Source: Macrostomum lignano (lineage: Eukaryota). From it: a DNA stretch of 64,000 nucleotides. The position numbers and the translations under genes are program-made. Below the pieces are notes generated by a model that had not been told where the DNA came from, made no database searches, and was given only the letters and a program-made list of their open reading frames with translations. The stretch spans positions 62,001 to 126,000 of the forward strand of contig NIVC01002341.1 of NCBI GenBank assembly GCA_002269645.1, given 5' to 3'. Positions within the stretch are counted from its first letter, which is position 1. Every line of letters starts with the position of its first letter. This document shows, piece after piece, positions 36,515 through 47,839 of the stretch.

Positions 36515-38754
36515 CCTCTTCTGATGGTGGGACGACTCTCTGCGAGAATCTGTCAATTCATGGTTTCATTGTCATTTTAAGAAACAGCTAACTGGTCTAC
36601 CATGTTATGTCATATGAGAAGTTACGACAGACAGGGTAATAAATATTTGAACAATAGATTAACTTAAGCCTATATAAATACTTCAAATTTATCCGTTCAA
36701 CATTCGGACGTCCGCCGACGTACCGACATACCTGACGCGGATAGTAAACTTACGATGGTCAACGTAACGGATGACGACAGTCTAGGGTAAAAGTACCCAT
36801 TCTTTTTCAACGACATCGATATATATGTGAAATTGCTGAACGAGATTGCTTTGTACTTTACTGCCACTAGTGCTACCCTTTAATGACAATAATAAATACT
36901 TGGAATAGTGCGTTTTACCTCCTTTGAAGAAGACATTGCTGTCACTGGATATTAGAGCGCCTTTGCAAGGTTGATTTGGAAAAAAATAGAAAACTAAAAA
37001 ACTATCAAACGACCCAAACCGTGATAACCGTAACAGAACGAATGCTTACCCGAAGTTCGCTTGAAATCCTTGAATAGAGATGATTAAATTTACTTTTCAA
37101 ATCGCGTATTTTCACACTAGGTTGTGTTAATTGCACGAGAAGCTATAGCTGGGAAAATTATAAGTATGCAGCGCCTATTTATGCATGCAGTCGATGCACT
37201 GAATTTGCAGCAGTACGAGCCTTGTTTCTATTTTTACTGTCAAACCGAAACTGCAATGTTGCTGCAGACGTGTTTTGGGGTTGCAGTGCATATGATAGAG
37301 AGAGAATTGAGTTGGTTAAACGCAGCCCTTCATGAGCCACCTAAACTATTTATCTAGCCATTCTTAGTTGGATTAATGAGTTCTTTTGCATTGTACGCGG
37401 TTTCATTGCTTTAAAAAAAGCACTGCACAGTGTTGTACGATACACCGCGTACAATTTTATTGTATATATATTACCAGTGATAGAATGGTGCATATGTGGA
37501 TTTCATAAACTTGGCATGGCATGCTACAGCTGAAAACCATAAATCATATTGTATCAAAATTGGATGATTTATGGTCGCACCTGTCTTTTTTTTAGGCCGT
37601 TCCCCGGGGCCTGATAGCGATCTCTCGGCTTTTCGGGTTTGCCGGATAGCAACAAACTTTTAATTGCGTCACTTAACGATTGTATATGTTACTCTTAAAA
37701 ATGTCAGTTTTCAGTAAGAGAATATATAAGTCCTTGTGTAGCTCACATTCCAAATTTCCGAGCAAGGACCACTATAGCAGCATGTCGGCTATACTGCTAA
37801 TAATCTGATATACTGCTGTCGATAGTGGTTCTTTGTACATCTTGTTTCTGGAGTCACAGTTCTAACAAATAAAGCAAATATACATCGCGTATATATATGT
37901 ACACAGGTTACTGTATAATTACATATGTATCATGTGCATGTCCCAAAGGATTTTGAGCCAAATGATGGGTTCGGCCTTTTTGAGCCTGTAGCTTCGGGCC
38001 TCAGAACTCAGAAATGAATCACTTAGAACTCTGGCCTCTCACTCCTGTCAGATGGTCAGCCCCGTGGTAGCTAGTATAGGTTGTCCGCGAGCAGCAAGGT
38101 CCTATAGCTAAGAGAAGACAGCGAGAGACAAGCAGGGAGAATTTGAAAGGTAGAGATCCACAGATAATCCACAGATTAACCAACCCGCTGCCACCAGTCC
38201 GTGCGCCCCGGCTCACCAAACCAGAGCTATCGAAATCGGACCTCCGCCTAGAGGGGCACTGCACTTACCTGCCATCTGGTGTCTTTTAGCTGTCTATCTC
38301 GAAGTCATAGCCGAATAGAAGGGACACTGCTGGGACTAAGATCGCATTGACTATGCAGGGACAGAGAGGACTTCTGCAGGGGGTTCTTGCGCTGGCGAGC
38401 CTTTAAACACTGCCAAATGTACTACCTCATTACCGAATTCCCAGAAGTACATGTATAAGTACACGTAACTGCACGCTTTTGGCACTAAATGTGTTAACAC
38501 GTCGACTGATAGCGATGATGTAGGTGTATTGTTACTTTTGGAGACTGTTGCGTGTTTGAATGTATTAGGAGTATTCGCGATTGGCGAGACTGTGGGCGCA
38601 GCCACACACCCTTTACAAGTATTTTTGAGTTTGTCCATAGACAATAATTTATGCATGAATAAGAAACTAAAGCGGCTGGCTGCCACATCCCCTTTTTTTC
38701 AAAAGAACATTGTTCGTTAATTGCATAGTTTGTTCATAAACAAAAAATTCATCA

Positions 38755-41700
38755 TTAAACAGCTTGATAGAATCTCGTCTGTTTGACAGTACGACCCGAT
38801 CGTGTCACATATGGCGCATTTGTGTCAGCATTGGTCGTTTGTCGGTTAGCATCTTCAGCAGGATTGCTTGTTGTTGGATGCTCATGAGTTGGCTGAATTC
38901 CGGATGATGCAGTTGAATCTTTCAGATGACTCTCTGAGATATCTACTGGTCGCTGTAGCGCTAGATGTTTCGGTATTGCAGACAGTCTGGAGTTCGCAAC
39001 TCTGGGTGCTAAAAATCGTCGGTTCCTTCTGTAGCATTTACCATCAGCAGTTTGCACTTGGTACGATCGTTCTGGATCCGTATGATCCCGCGATTGAATT
39101 TCTGCTGGAATCCACTGTCTCTTGTCCTCGTACAACCAGACTTGCTCTCCAGTCTCCAGTGGCTTCAAATCCCTAGCTGTACTGTTGTAGCGAATCGCGT
39201 CCTTCCTTCGCATGGCGTTCAGTGTTTCCAAATCATTCTTCGTCCATGTTCGTTTTGGTATCAATTCCAGTATTGGTACAGGTAGTTCGTACCTCAATTT
39301 CCTTCTCATCAGTAGCTCTGCTGGGGTCGGTAACCCACGCTCAATCGGAGTATTACGGTAGTGAAGCATTGCTTTTTCAAAGTCTTCATTCTTTCTCAAG
39401 AAGCATTTCACTGTTTGCACAGCTCGCTCCGCTAATCCATTGGACTGTGGATATCTTGGTGATGATGTTACAAGCGCTATCCCGCTTGATTTAGCATATA
39501 ATTGGAATGCGTTGGACGAGAATGGCGGTCCGTTGTCGCATCGCAACTTCTCAGGTGTTCCGAATGTGGAGAAATATTTCTTTAATTGCAGGATAACAAA
39601 CTCAGCTGTATTTGATCTTAATGGATCTGCACAAATCCATCGGCTGTATCTGTCCACTACAACTATGAATTTTCGACCTTTAAAATCGAACAGGTCAGTC
39701 ACGCACTCTTGAAATGGATAATCAGGATGCGGACTTTGAATGATTGTTTCTTTCTGTGGTCGGGATTGGCTGCTTTGGCAGGCATCGCATGCTGTTATGT
39801 AGTTCTGGATGTCCCGACGCATCTGAGGCCAGTATACCGATCCTCTTGCTTTTAGCAGTGTTTTTTCAATGCCTTGATGCCCTTCATGAATGATGTTCAA
39901 GAATTCGTGGCGCATGGTCAGTGGTATAAATATCTTGCTGGTTTTCATAATTAATCTGTCGTGCTCGGCTAAATCGTGACGAACATTCCAGAAAGGCTTT
40001 AGTTGTTCTGGCAATTGGTTTCTGAGTTCCGGCCAACCCTCGCGAATGCGATTCTTGATCGCATGGCAAGTTGAATCTGCATATGTGTGTTCCTGGATCT
40101 TCTTAAGTAGGTCTTCCGGTAGACAAACCTTTTGGATACCCAAGATTTGATTCTCAAGCTCAGAGTCTATGTCATTCGCCGAATGCACGGATTGCAAGAA
40201 AGCACGGCTTAATGTATCAGCCAAATAAAGATATCTTCCCGGTTTGTATTGCATGTCTAAGTCGAATTCTTGGATCTTGAGTATCAGACGTTGTATTCTA
40301 GCCGATAGTTCATCCATTGGCTTCTTCATAATATACTGCAGCGGTTTGTGGTCAGACTCGACAGAGACTCTACGTCCCCAGAGATACTGTCTGAACCTTC
40401 GACAGCCAAATACTATCGCAAGCATTTCCTTCTCTATCTGTGGGCATATTTCTTTTGAGCGGATGTTAGAGCTGATGATGCATACTCAATGACATGTCCT
40501 TCCTGCAATAGTGCTGCTCCCAAGCCATCTTTGCTGGCGTCGACAGATAAAACTAGGTCTTTATTCGGGTCAAATGGCGCAAGCACAGTTGCTTCGCAGA
40601 GGCACTGCTTGATTCCTTGATACGCCTTTTCTTGGTCGTTGGTCCACACCCATTCGGATTCTTTCTTCATGAGTTCCCTCAAAGGACTTGTCAGTGCAGA
40701 AAAGTTTGCTATGAATCTTGACAAGTAATTTGCACTACCAATAAACCGTTGGAGCTGCGCTTGCTTTTCAGCACGCTGTTCAAAACTGTTTGGGTGCGGC
40801 ATTTCTTTGATGCTGTTTACTTTTTGTGGATCTACTTTCACACCTTTGTCAGTTAGTATGTGTCCAAGAAATCGAAGCTCGGTTTTGCCTATGCTCATCT
40901 TTTGCCTGTTCAGAGTCAGGTTTTTTTTCCTGCATTGCTCCAAAAGATTTCGAACTGCTTGGTCGTGCTCTTCCCGACCGAGTCTTTCCCCATACTATGA
41001 TTTCATCGATGTAGTTAGCAGATTTTTCGGGTCCATGAGAATTGCCCGCAGACGAATTGCCCGCCGAGATTTGCCCGCAGGAGATTTGCCCGTGGAGGTT
41101 TGCCCGCCGAGCTTTTCCCGCCGAGATTTGCCTGCAGTGCATTTTGCCCGTGAGCGAATTGCCCGTGGAGATTTTCCCGCCGAGGTTTGCCCGCAATGCT
41201 TTTTTACTGCAGATTTTGTCTGCATTGCCTTCCCAATGCTTATTACATGAAATAAATCTTAGTAAAGAGATTTGCACCATCAAAACTTTTTGATAGTAAC
41301 AGCATATCAAATGCATATTTTTTGGGGAGCCGGGCAATAACAGGCAGAATCTAGTTGCCAAATGCGCTGCAGTAAAAAAGCATTGCGGGCAAACCTCGGC
41401 GGGCAATTCTCGGCGGGAAAATCTCCACGGGCAATTCGCTCGCGGGCTTATTGCACTGCGGGCAAATCTCGGCGGGAAAAGCTTGGCGGGCAAATCTCCA
41501 CGGGCAAATCTCCTGCGGGCAAATCTCGGCGGGCAATTCGTCTGCGGGCATTTCTCGTGCTCCCGATTTTTCTACTTGACTTGTCACTTCTTCTTTGATG
41601 CGCCTTTGGGAAGCTTCAGGTGCATCCTTTAGACCAAAAGCTAGTCGATTCCATTTGTAAACACCAAACGGAGTGTGAAATGCAGTAAGAAGTGAACTTT

Positions 41701-43390
41701 CCTGATCCAACTGAACTTGATGGAAGCCAGACTTAGCATCAAATGTTGAGAAGTATTTTGCTCCTGTCATCTCGCTAATCATCTCGTCATAAGTTGGAAT
41801 GGGGTATCGATTTCTGACAATATCATCATTTAGATTCTTTGGATCTAAGCACAGTCTAATCGAGTTATCCTTCTTCCAGACGATAACAACATTGGACACC
41901 CAATCTGCCGGCTGGTCGCATTTCGTTATTATTCCTTGGCTCTGCAAACGGTCAAGCTCTTCACGCAGGGCCTTCATAGCCGCAAATGGGACTTTCCTTG
42001 GGCCTTGGACTTTCGGTATTGCACCTTCTCTCAATGAAATGTGATGCGCTCCAGGCAGACATCCAATTCCTTCGAACACATCGCTGTATTCCTTAAAGAT
42101 CTTTGATTCCGTCAGCACTTCTTTATCTGTAGTCTTTGTTACGTTGAGGATTTGAATCAGGCCTAATTTCTCAGCTGTGTCGGTCGCTAATAGAGGTGTA
42201 TTGTCTTCCTCAATGATGGTGAATTCTACTGTATGCACGGCGTCTTTGTGCGAGAGTCGCAATTTAATCTTGCCCTTCACATTAAGCGTCTGATTGTTAT
42301 ACACTGATAGTCTGGTGTGGTCTTTTTCTAATGGGTTGTCTGTGATTGTTCTTAAACGTTTCTCGGACATAATATTCACATCAGCGCCGGTATCAATTTT
42401 GTAGTTGACGATGTGTCCAAACTCAGTGTCTAGCGGCACAACTGTTCTTGAAACGGCTTTCACTTCATTTCCATTATAATAATTCATAGAATATTTACTT
42501 ACATCCCATGCAGCAGCTTGGTAAGAATTCGATGTTTCAGTCACGTCAGTAAGCTCATCTTCAACTGTACGAATTTGTTTTGATTGTTTTGTTTTCTCTT
42601 TCCGGCACATGGCCTTAAAATGGTTCTTTTGTCCACAGTTCAAGCAGGTCTTGCCATAGGCACTGCAGTTGGTGTGACCAAATTTGTGGTTCTTGCCGCA
42701 GTATCTGCATGCCTGTTGTCCTGTAGGAGCCTTTCGTGTGATAGACTTGGACTTGGCTCTGGTTGATTGCTGCAACTTGTGATCAGGGTCTTTTACAATT
42801 CGACTGACAGAGTTTCTGTTTTCACTCTTTATACCTGTCATCTGCCTGGCTTGCATCTTTGAAGCTTCGGTGGCACGGCACAGAACAATAGCCTTTTCCA
42901 GTGTCAGCTTCTCTTCCTCAAGGAGCCGTTCACGGAGTGCTGAATTATGAACCCCATATACTATCTGATCTCGAAGCATGGCATCGTCAATGCATTGCCC
43001 ATTTTTAGGCTTTGAAAAACTGCATCGCTTTATTAACAATCGTAGCTCATTTATGAAGTGATCAAAATCTTCATACTGCTCCTGCTTACGCATTCTAAAC
43101 TTGTAGCGATCAAATGTTTCGCTGTCCAGAGGAATGCAGAATTTCTCGAATTTGTCGATGATGTCTTTGTGAGCAGAGTCAGTAGAGAGTTCGAATGTCT
43201 CGAATATGTCCCTGCCTTCTTCACCGATGGCGGTCAGCAGAATCGCATTCTTCATGCTGTCAGCCTCCTTGTCGCGCTTTGTGGCGGTCATGTATAAATT
43301 GAATGCGCCGATCCATTTTCTCCAGCGTTCTGACTTGGCCTCATCGAATACCATGGGCCCTGGAGGTCGCAGTCCAGCTGCGTCGGACAT
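38755..43390 (-). pseudogene. gag-pol (two Zn knuckles, protease DTGA, RT, RNase H, integrase) disrupted
   Basis: Single gag-pro-pol frame. RT interrupted by a 536-bp MITE; YIDE in place of YxDD; 4-bp CCGA duplication at 40974-40981 and a 2-bp CA insertion near 40440 shift the frame. Integrase GHQG..C..C and D,D(35)E region intact. Confidence 0.92.
41029..41564. mobile_element. Foldback-type MITE with long, internally repetitive TIRs
   Basis: Termini GGG...CCC, TIRs built of TTGCCCG subrepeats, 8-bp TSD GATTTTTC (41021-41028 / 41565-41572; alternatively 6-bp with CGGG ends). Removing it restores ...VEKSANYIDE in frame. Confidence 0.85.
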
Positions 43391-45485
43391 GCCGCTGTAG
43401 TTGCCACCAAAAACGACGCACAAAGCAATTATCTAATTGGAGTCTTTTACCAGGTACCTCTGACACCATGTTGCGTGTTTGAATGTATTAGGAGTATTCG
43501 CGCTTGGTGAGCGCAGCCACACACCCTTTACAAGTATATTTGAGTTTGTCCATAGACAATAATTTATGCATGAATAAGAAACTAAAGCGGCTGGCTGCCA
43601 CAGAGACCTTTAGACTAACATTTAACTCGTTTTAGCCGCTTAGCTGCCTGCGACTGCACGAAAGTACCAGTCAGGCACTTAGGTTGCATGCTTATCATGA
43701 TTGCTTAGATCGACTATTTGACTGGGAACTGTGTCGCTTCCGGTCCACTGTGACCCCTGCCTCTCTAGATCTAGCCACTCATCTCAGCTGGCATTGCGAA
43801 AAAGAAAGAAAACGCCAAATCTTTAACTTCCAGATTTAACTTTCTTACTTAATCCGCCATCCTAAACGCCTTAGATTGAGTCAGAGCAAATGGCTACATG
43901 GCTACTTTTAGTACTAAATGAAACTTCTGCCTCGAGTTTGGCACACAAAAGCAAGTAAGCAAAAGTGCAAATCCTATCAGACTACCTAGGAAGGGGTCAG
44001 ACAAAGGGCGCACCCAGTTCAGCAGGTCAAGAAAGCCTCTCACCCAACCAATCAGAGGACTTATCTGCTGGTAGCCAAGGATTCCACAGAGACCGAAGCG
44101 CTCGGACGGGATGCTGATGCTGATCTGATGCTGATGCTGATGCTGATCTGATGCTGATGCTGATGCTGATCTGATGCTGATGCTGATGCTGATCTTTCGG
44201 CTGACGAGTGCCGCCGTTACTCTTCACTTGCCGGTTGCTGTTGCTGCTCCTAGATCGCGACCAGGGAGTACTGACGATGCTGATCAGGGGAGACTTAACT
44301 ATTGAAGCCGAAACTGCCTGGGGGAAGGGGGATCACGAGTGACCTCGGCCGAAGGACGAGCGTTGGAGAGAGCTTCGCCCAAGAAGTCCAAGGGTTGCCA
44401 GGGACCGAAAGAAACACCCTTTCTCGAGCGCGGGCCGACATGCCGCCTTTTATAGATGTCACGCGGCCGATTTGTTATAACGAGCGCCGAATTTTCCCAT
44501 TGGCTGAGAGCCTTTGTTAAAATCGGCGCCGAATTTTCTGATTGGTTGAGCTGGGGGCGGTCAGGTCGACTCTGATTGGCTGAGCTCAAGACCCCAAAAC
44601 CCACCCCACCAGGTGGCCATCAGACCCCAGGGAAGTTGACTGGTGCGGTCATAAATCATAAGCAAAACATAATAAAAGTCACTTGTCTAGACATCCTGAC
44701 GCCAAAAGTGACTGCAAAAAGCCCATAAATCAAAGGAGAAGGCAGAGCGAGTGGGGAGGAGGCTGGAAAGACCCTTTGACCCAGAACGGGTGGAGCCAAA
44801 AGTGACAGCTAGACCGCTATAAGTCACTAAAAATAGTGAAAAATTCACAAATCAGGGGGTCAGGATGAGATTAAAAACATTCCTCCCAGACTTAGTGTCG
44901 CCTGTCTAGACTGTTAGAGGTCAAACCACCTCAGACCCGGACAGCCTGACCTTCAGAGATGCGTAAACAACCCAAAATTAGAATCCTAAGGGAAGTACCT
45001 CGAGTATCTAACCAAGGACTTCTAGACTAACAGGACGTAAAACTCAAAGATTGTGCAATTCTTTTGGAGGCCACGATTTCCTGGAAAAAATACACTGCGA
45101 AGATAGGAAAAAATCAGTTTTTCGTCACAAAATCAGTGATTATTTGATCTGGGGCAGTGAAGACTACCATTCTTTTAATTTAACATGCACTACATGTTAC
45201 TCTATTATATTTTCCATAGCTGTGTAGTGAAGTTTTCATTTTCAGATTGTTTTCACTTTATTTCATAAGCCCAAAGTTGCAAATACTCACAAGTTTTGAC
45301 AGCTATTTTGACAAGCTTTGACAGCTATGCGTTTTACCCTTAAAAGTACTTTGGGATTAGCGATTAGCGATTCATCTTCACCATCTTCACTTTCTATTTA
45401 ATAAAATCTTTCTAATATATATTTTTTCATTAATTTTTGTCATTCCTACGCGAAACGTCATAAATAATTACGTAGCGATTTTAAG

Positions 45486-46344
45486 TGATTTATGACTGCA
45501 CCTGGCGTATTTTTATGGCCCCGAGGGAACTGATAGGATTTTCTGGTCACGTGAGTTTGGGCGGCATCAAGCATAGCCAATCAGAAAATTCGACGTCAGT
45601 TATAGCAAATCGGCTCAGCCAATCAGCGTCGAGGTGTTCCATTGTAACAAATTGCGGTCCAGTTGGCGGCTATTTAAACCAGTTAGTTTTCAAACTTTCA
45701 AACATTAGTTTTTGGCCCGCTCGGACCTCAACCTCCGGGACCTTGGCCTAACCTAGACCTCCGGGAGCTCGACCGTCGTCTCTTGATCCCCGGATCGCGA
45801 CTCCCCCTGTCATCATCAAGGAAGAATTCCCCCGGTCGTCAGCAGCGAACATCAAGGTCAAGATCATCACCTGCTAGCTATCTGCGAAGATTGTGACATC
45901 AGCATCATCCCGGGCCTACAGCTGCGAAGTACTAAGCCGATTCAGTCACTGTGGATTTCCTGGTCTCCGGCTGTTGAGTTTCTGATTGGTTGGGTGAGAG
46001 GCTACCTAGACTTGCTTGATTAGGTGATTCCTTATCTTATTGAGGCAGAGATCATTCAATAATACTGTTAGTAGTCAAGTCCCAGCAGTGTCCCTTATCA
46101 TCGGCTATAACTTCGAGATTGACAGCAAAAAGACACTAGTTGGCAGGTAAGTGCTAAGCCCCCTCTAGTCGGAAGCCCGATTTCTAACGTTCCGGTTTGG
46201 TGAGCCAGAACGCGCGGGCTGGTGGCAGCGGGTTAGTTAATCTGCGGATTAGTTGATCTCTACCTTCAAAATTCTCCCTGCTTGTCTCTCGCTGTCCCTC
46301 TCCGAAGGCTTCCCGAAAGGGACCGAAAAGGCCGAAACCCATCA
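45486..46344 (+). mobile_element. LTR-like promoter-bearing element, copy B (859 bp)
   Basis: Termini TGAT...ATCA, homologous to copy A; internal splice donor GGCAG|GTAAGT at ~46146 conserved in A (~38266). Confidence 0.6.
45548..45678 (+). promoter_or_regulatory. Pol II promoter-like cluster (E-box, GC box, 2 CCAAT, TATA-like)
   Basis: CACGTG 45548, GGGCGG 45559, CCAAT 45577 and 45619, TATTTAAA 45671; the mirror arrangement is conserved in copy A at 44448-44580. Confidence 0.5.
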
Positions 46345-47044
46345 TTTAACTATATATTACTCAGCAGAGTCAAAGACTACACATAATACCATGCAGACTG
46401 TGCAAAGAAAATCAATATATATAGAGCATAGACAAGCATAGACAAGCATATTACATGTAGTGGCAATCAGGGCTGTTTGTTGTGCGTTTCAATGAATTTT
46501 TTATTGGAATTTTATAGCTCTTCCTCAAGAACCGCTGTATATCGAAATTGACCTAAAAAATCACACGATCTTCGAGTTTTACGTCCTGTACATTATATAC
46601 GACGACGTACATGTACATGTACAGGGGGTTATTATAAAGAGCTTCGGACCCTAGAAGACATTGACGTGTTGATTCTTAATTAACAGATCTTATCTAATCT
46701 TCTTGGGTTGCTGCGCAAGTTGCAAGAACGTGCAAGATTTTCGCTATGATAATAATTAGGTAAACCTACCAGATCTGGGCGATACATCGTATCAGATTTT
46801 AACTTTTAATTATATCTTTTTATATACATGTTTAGCTTCGAATCGCATACTTTATTATAATTTTTTGTCCCATTTTGCCAAAAAAATAAAGAACACTTTG
46901 GCCAAATGAATGACAATGACAAAACAAATGTACCTCCTTTCTTAGAAGATCCTGCAAGAACCGAGCAGATTTAGAAGATATGCTAAGAATGGCACCGAGA
47001 GACAAAGATCTGCTAAGTTTGAGAAACAGAATGTCCTCTTAGGG

Positions 47045-47287
47045 GACTCACGACTTAAAGGTCGGCCGGATTCGATTCCCGATCCCACTAGAACAATTTG
47101 TGTCCTTGAGCAAGACACTTAACTCTGCATTGCTTCCGTTCACCTAGCTGCATGTAAAAGGGTACCAGCAGCATTAGCTGGGGTAAATTGAGGGTGGTGC
47201 GGTGTGGCAACCCCCCAGTCCTTGGACTGCTGTCAACTGCACCTCTCACTTAATTGGGGCAGGTGTAATCAATTATTATTATTATTT
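47045..47287 (+). mobile_element. Second copy of the CORE-like tRNA-SINE (5' degenerate)
   Basis: Aligns to 28094-28400 (AGAACAATTTGTGTCCTTGAGCAAGACACTTAACTCTGCATTGCTTC...CCAGTCCTTGGACTG...GGTGTAATCAATTATTATT). Confidence 0.8.
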
Positions 47288-47839
47288 AATAAATTTATAC
47301 AATATATTTAATAAAATATACAGTTTTCCTTGCTTATCCTTCGTTCCTCGGTTGGTATCTGTTCATTATGGCAGCAACAATCCTCACAAGTACGAGGGAA
47401 CTTGTGATCTTGCTGAACGGTTTTGAAAATTTAAATAATTTGTTCTTCTATTAATATGAAAATACCGGGTTACAATTCATTTAATGTTTTTAGTTGCAAG
47501 ATATGAAAATTTTGTTAGACTTACCCTTTTCATAGAAGCACGATAACTTAAAAAATGTTTATTTAACACTAAACTTTGTCAATTTGCGTAGCAGACACGT
47601 CGACGACCCATATTACTCTCTTCAGCGGGCTCAACGGCGTCAACTTTAGAGTTTTTTAATTGTTGTGCTTAATATTTTAGTTTACGTTGTATACGAAACG
47701 CTTTATAGCATCGCATTATAATAATTGACAGACCTTTAATATTAGATCAAGCCTTGTTTCACAGGCAGGAATCACAGGTCAAAACTTTCCTTCAGTTTTA
47801 CGATAGCAATAAAAGTAAACTTTAGGCATAACCTGAGGC

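Larger units (their letters stand above)
38546..43602 (-). mobile_element. Full-length but inactivated Ty3/gypsy LTR retrotransposon (Mag-like)
   Basis: LTRs 38546-38687 and 43469-43602 (TG...CA), 5-bp TSD GAGAC, PBS TGGTGTCAGAGGT (tRNA-Leu-like), PPT GAAAAAAAGGGGA next to the 3' LTR. Confidence 0.95.
37963..44658 (-). mobile_element. LTR-like promoter-bearing element, copy A (~1.63 kb, split by the gypsy insertion)
   Basis: Reverse complement aligns by eye to 45486-46344 in several blocks (e.g. 38130-38340 vs 46078-46300, 44030-44100 vs 45950-46010, both termini). Termini TGAT...ATCA; three CCAAT boxes and TATAAAA (44448-44454) on the minus strand; no TSD found. Confidence 0.6.
45031..46588. 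mobile_element. TIR element hosting copy B
   Basis: 30-bp inverted termini CAGGACGTAAAACTC(A/G)AAGAT(T/C)GTG.. (26/30 match). Right flank TA, left flank AA, so the TSD is not clean. Confidence 0.55.

Noticed and set aside
38585-38600. GAGACTGT inside the 3' LTR matches the TSD+LTR junction
   Set aside because: An 8-nt match with ambiguous indel placement; most likely chance.
40849-41493. 214-aa ORF suggesting a novel insertion domain in RT
   Set aside because: It reads through the non-coding MITE; the TSD shows it is an insertion.
46300-46345. Hammerhead-ribozyme-like GGC...GCCGAAAC at the 3' end of elements A/B (Penelope-like)
   Set aside because: The CUGANGA core is absent in both copies and no stem III partner was found.
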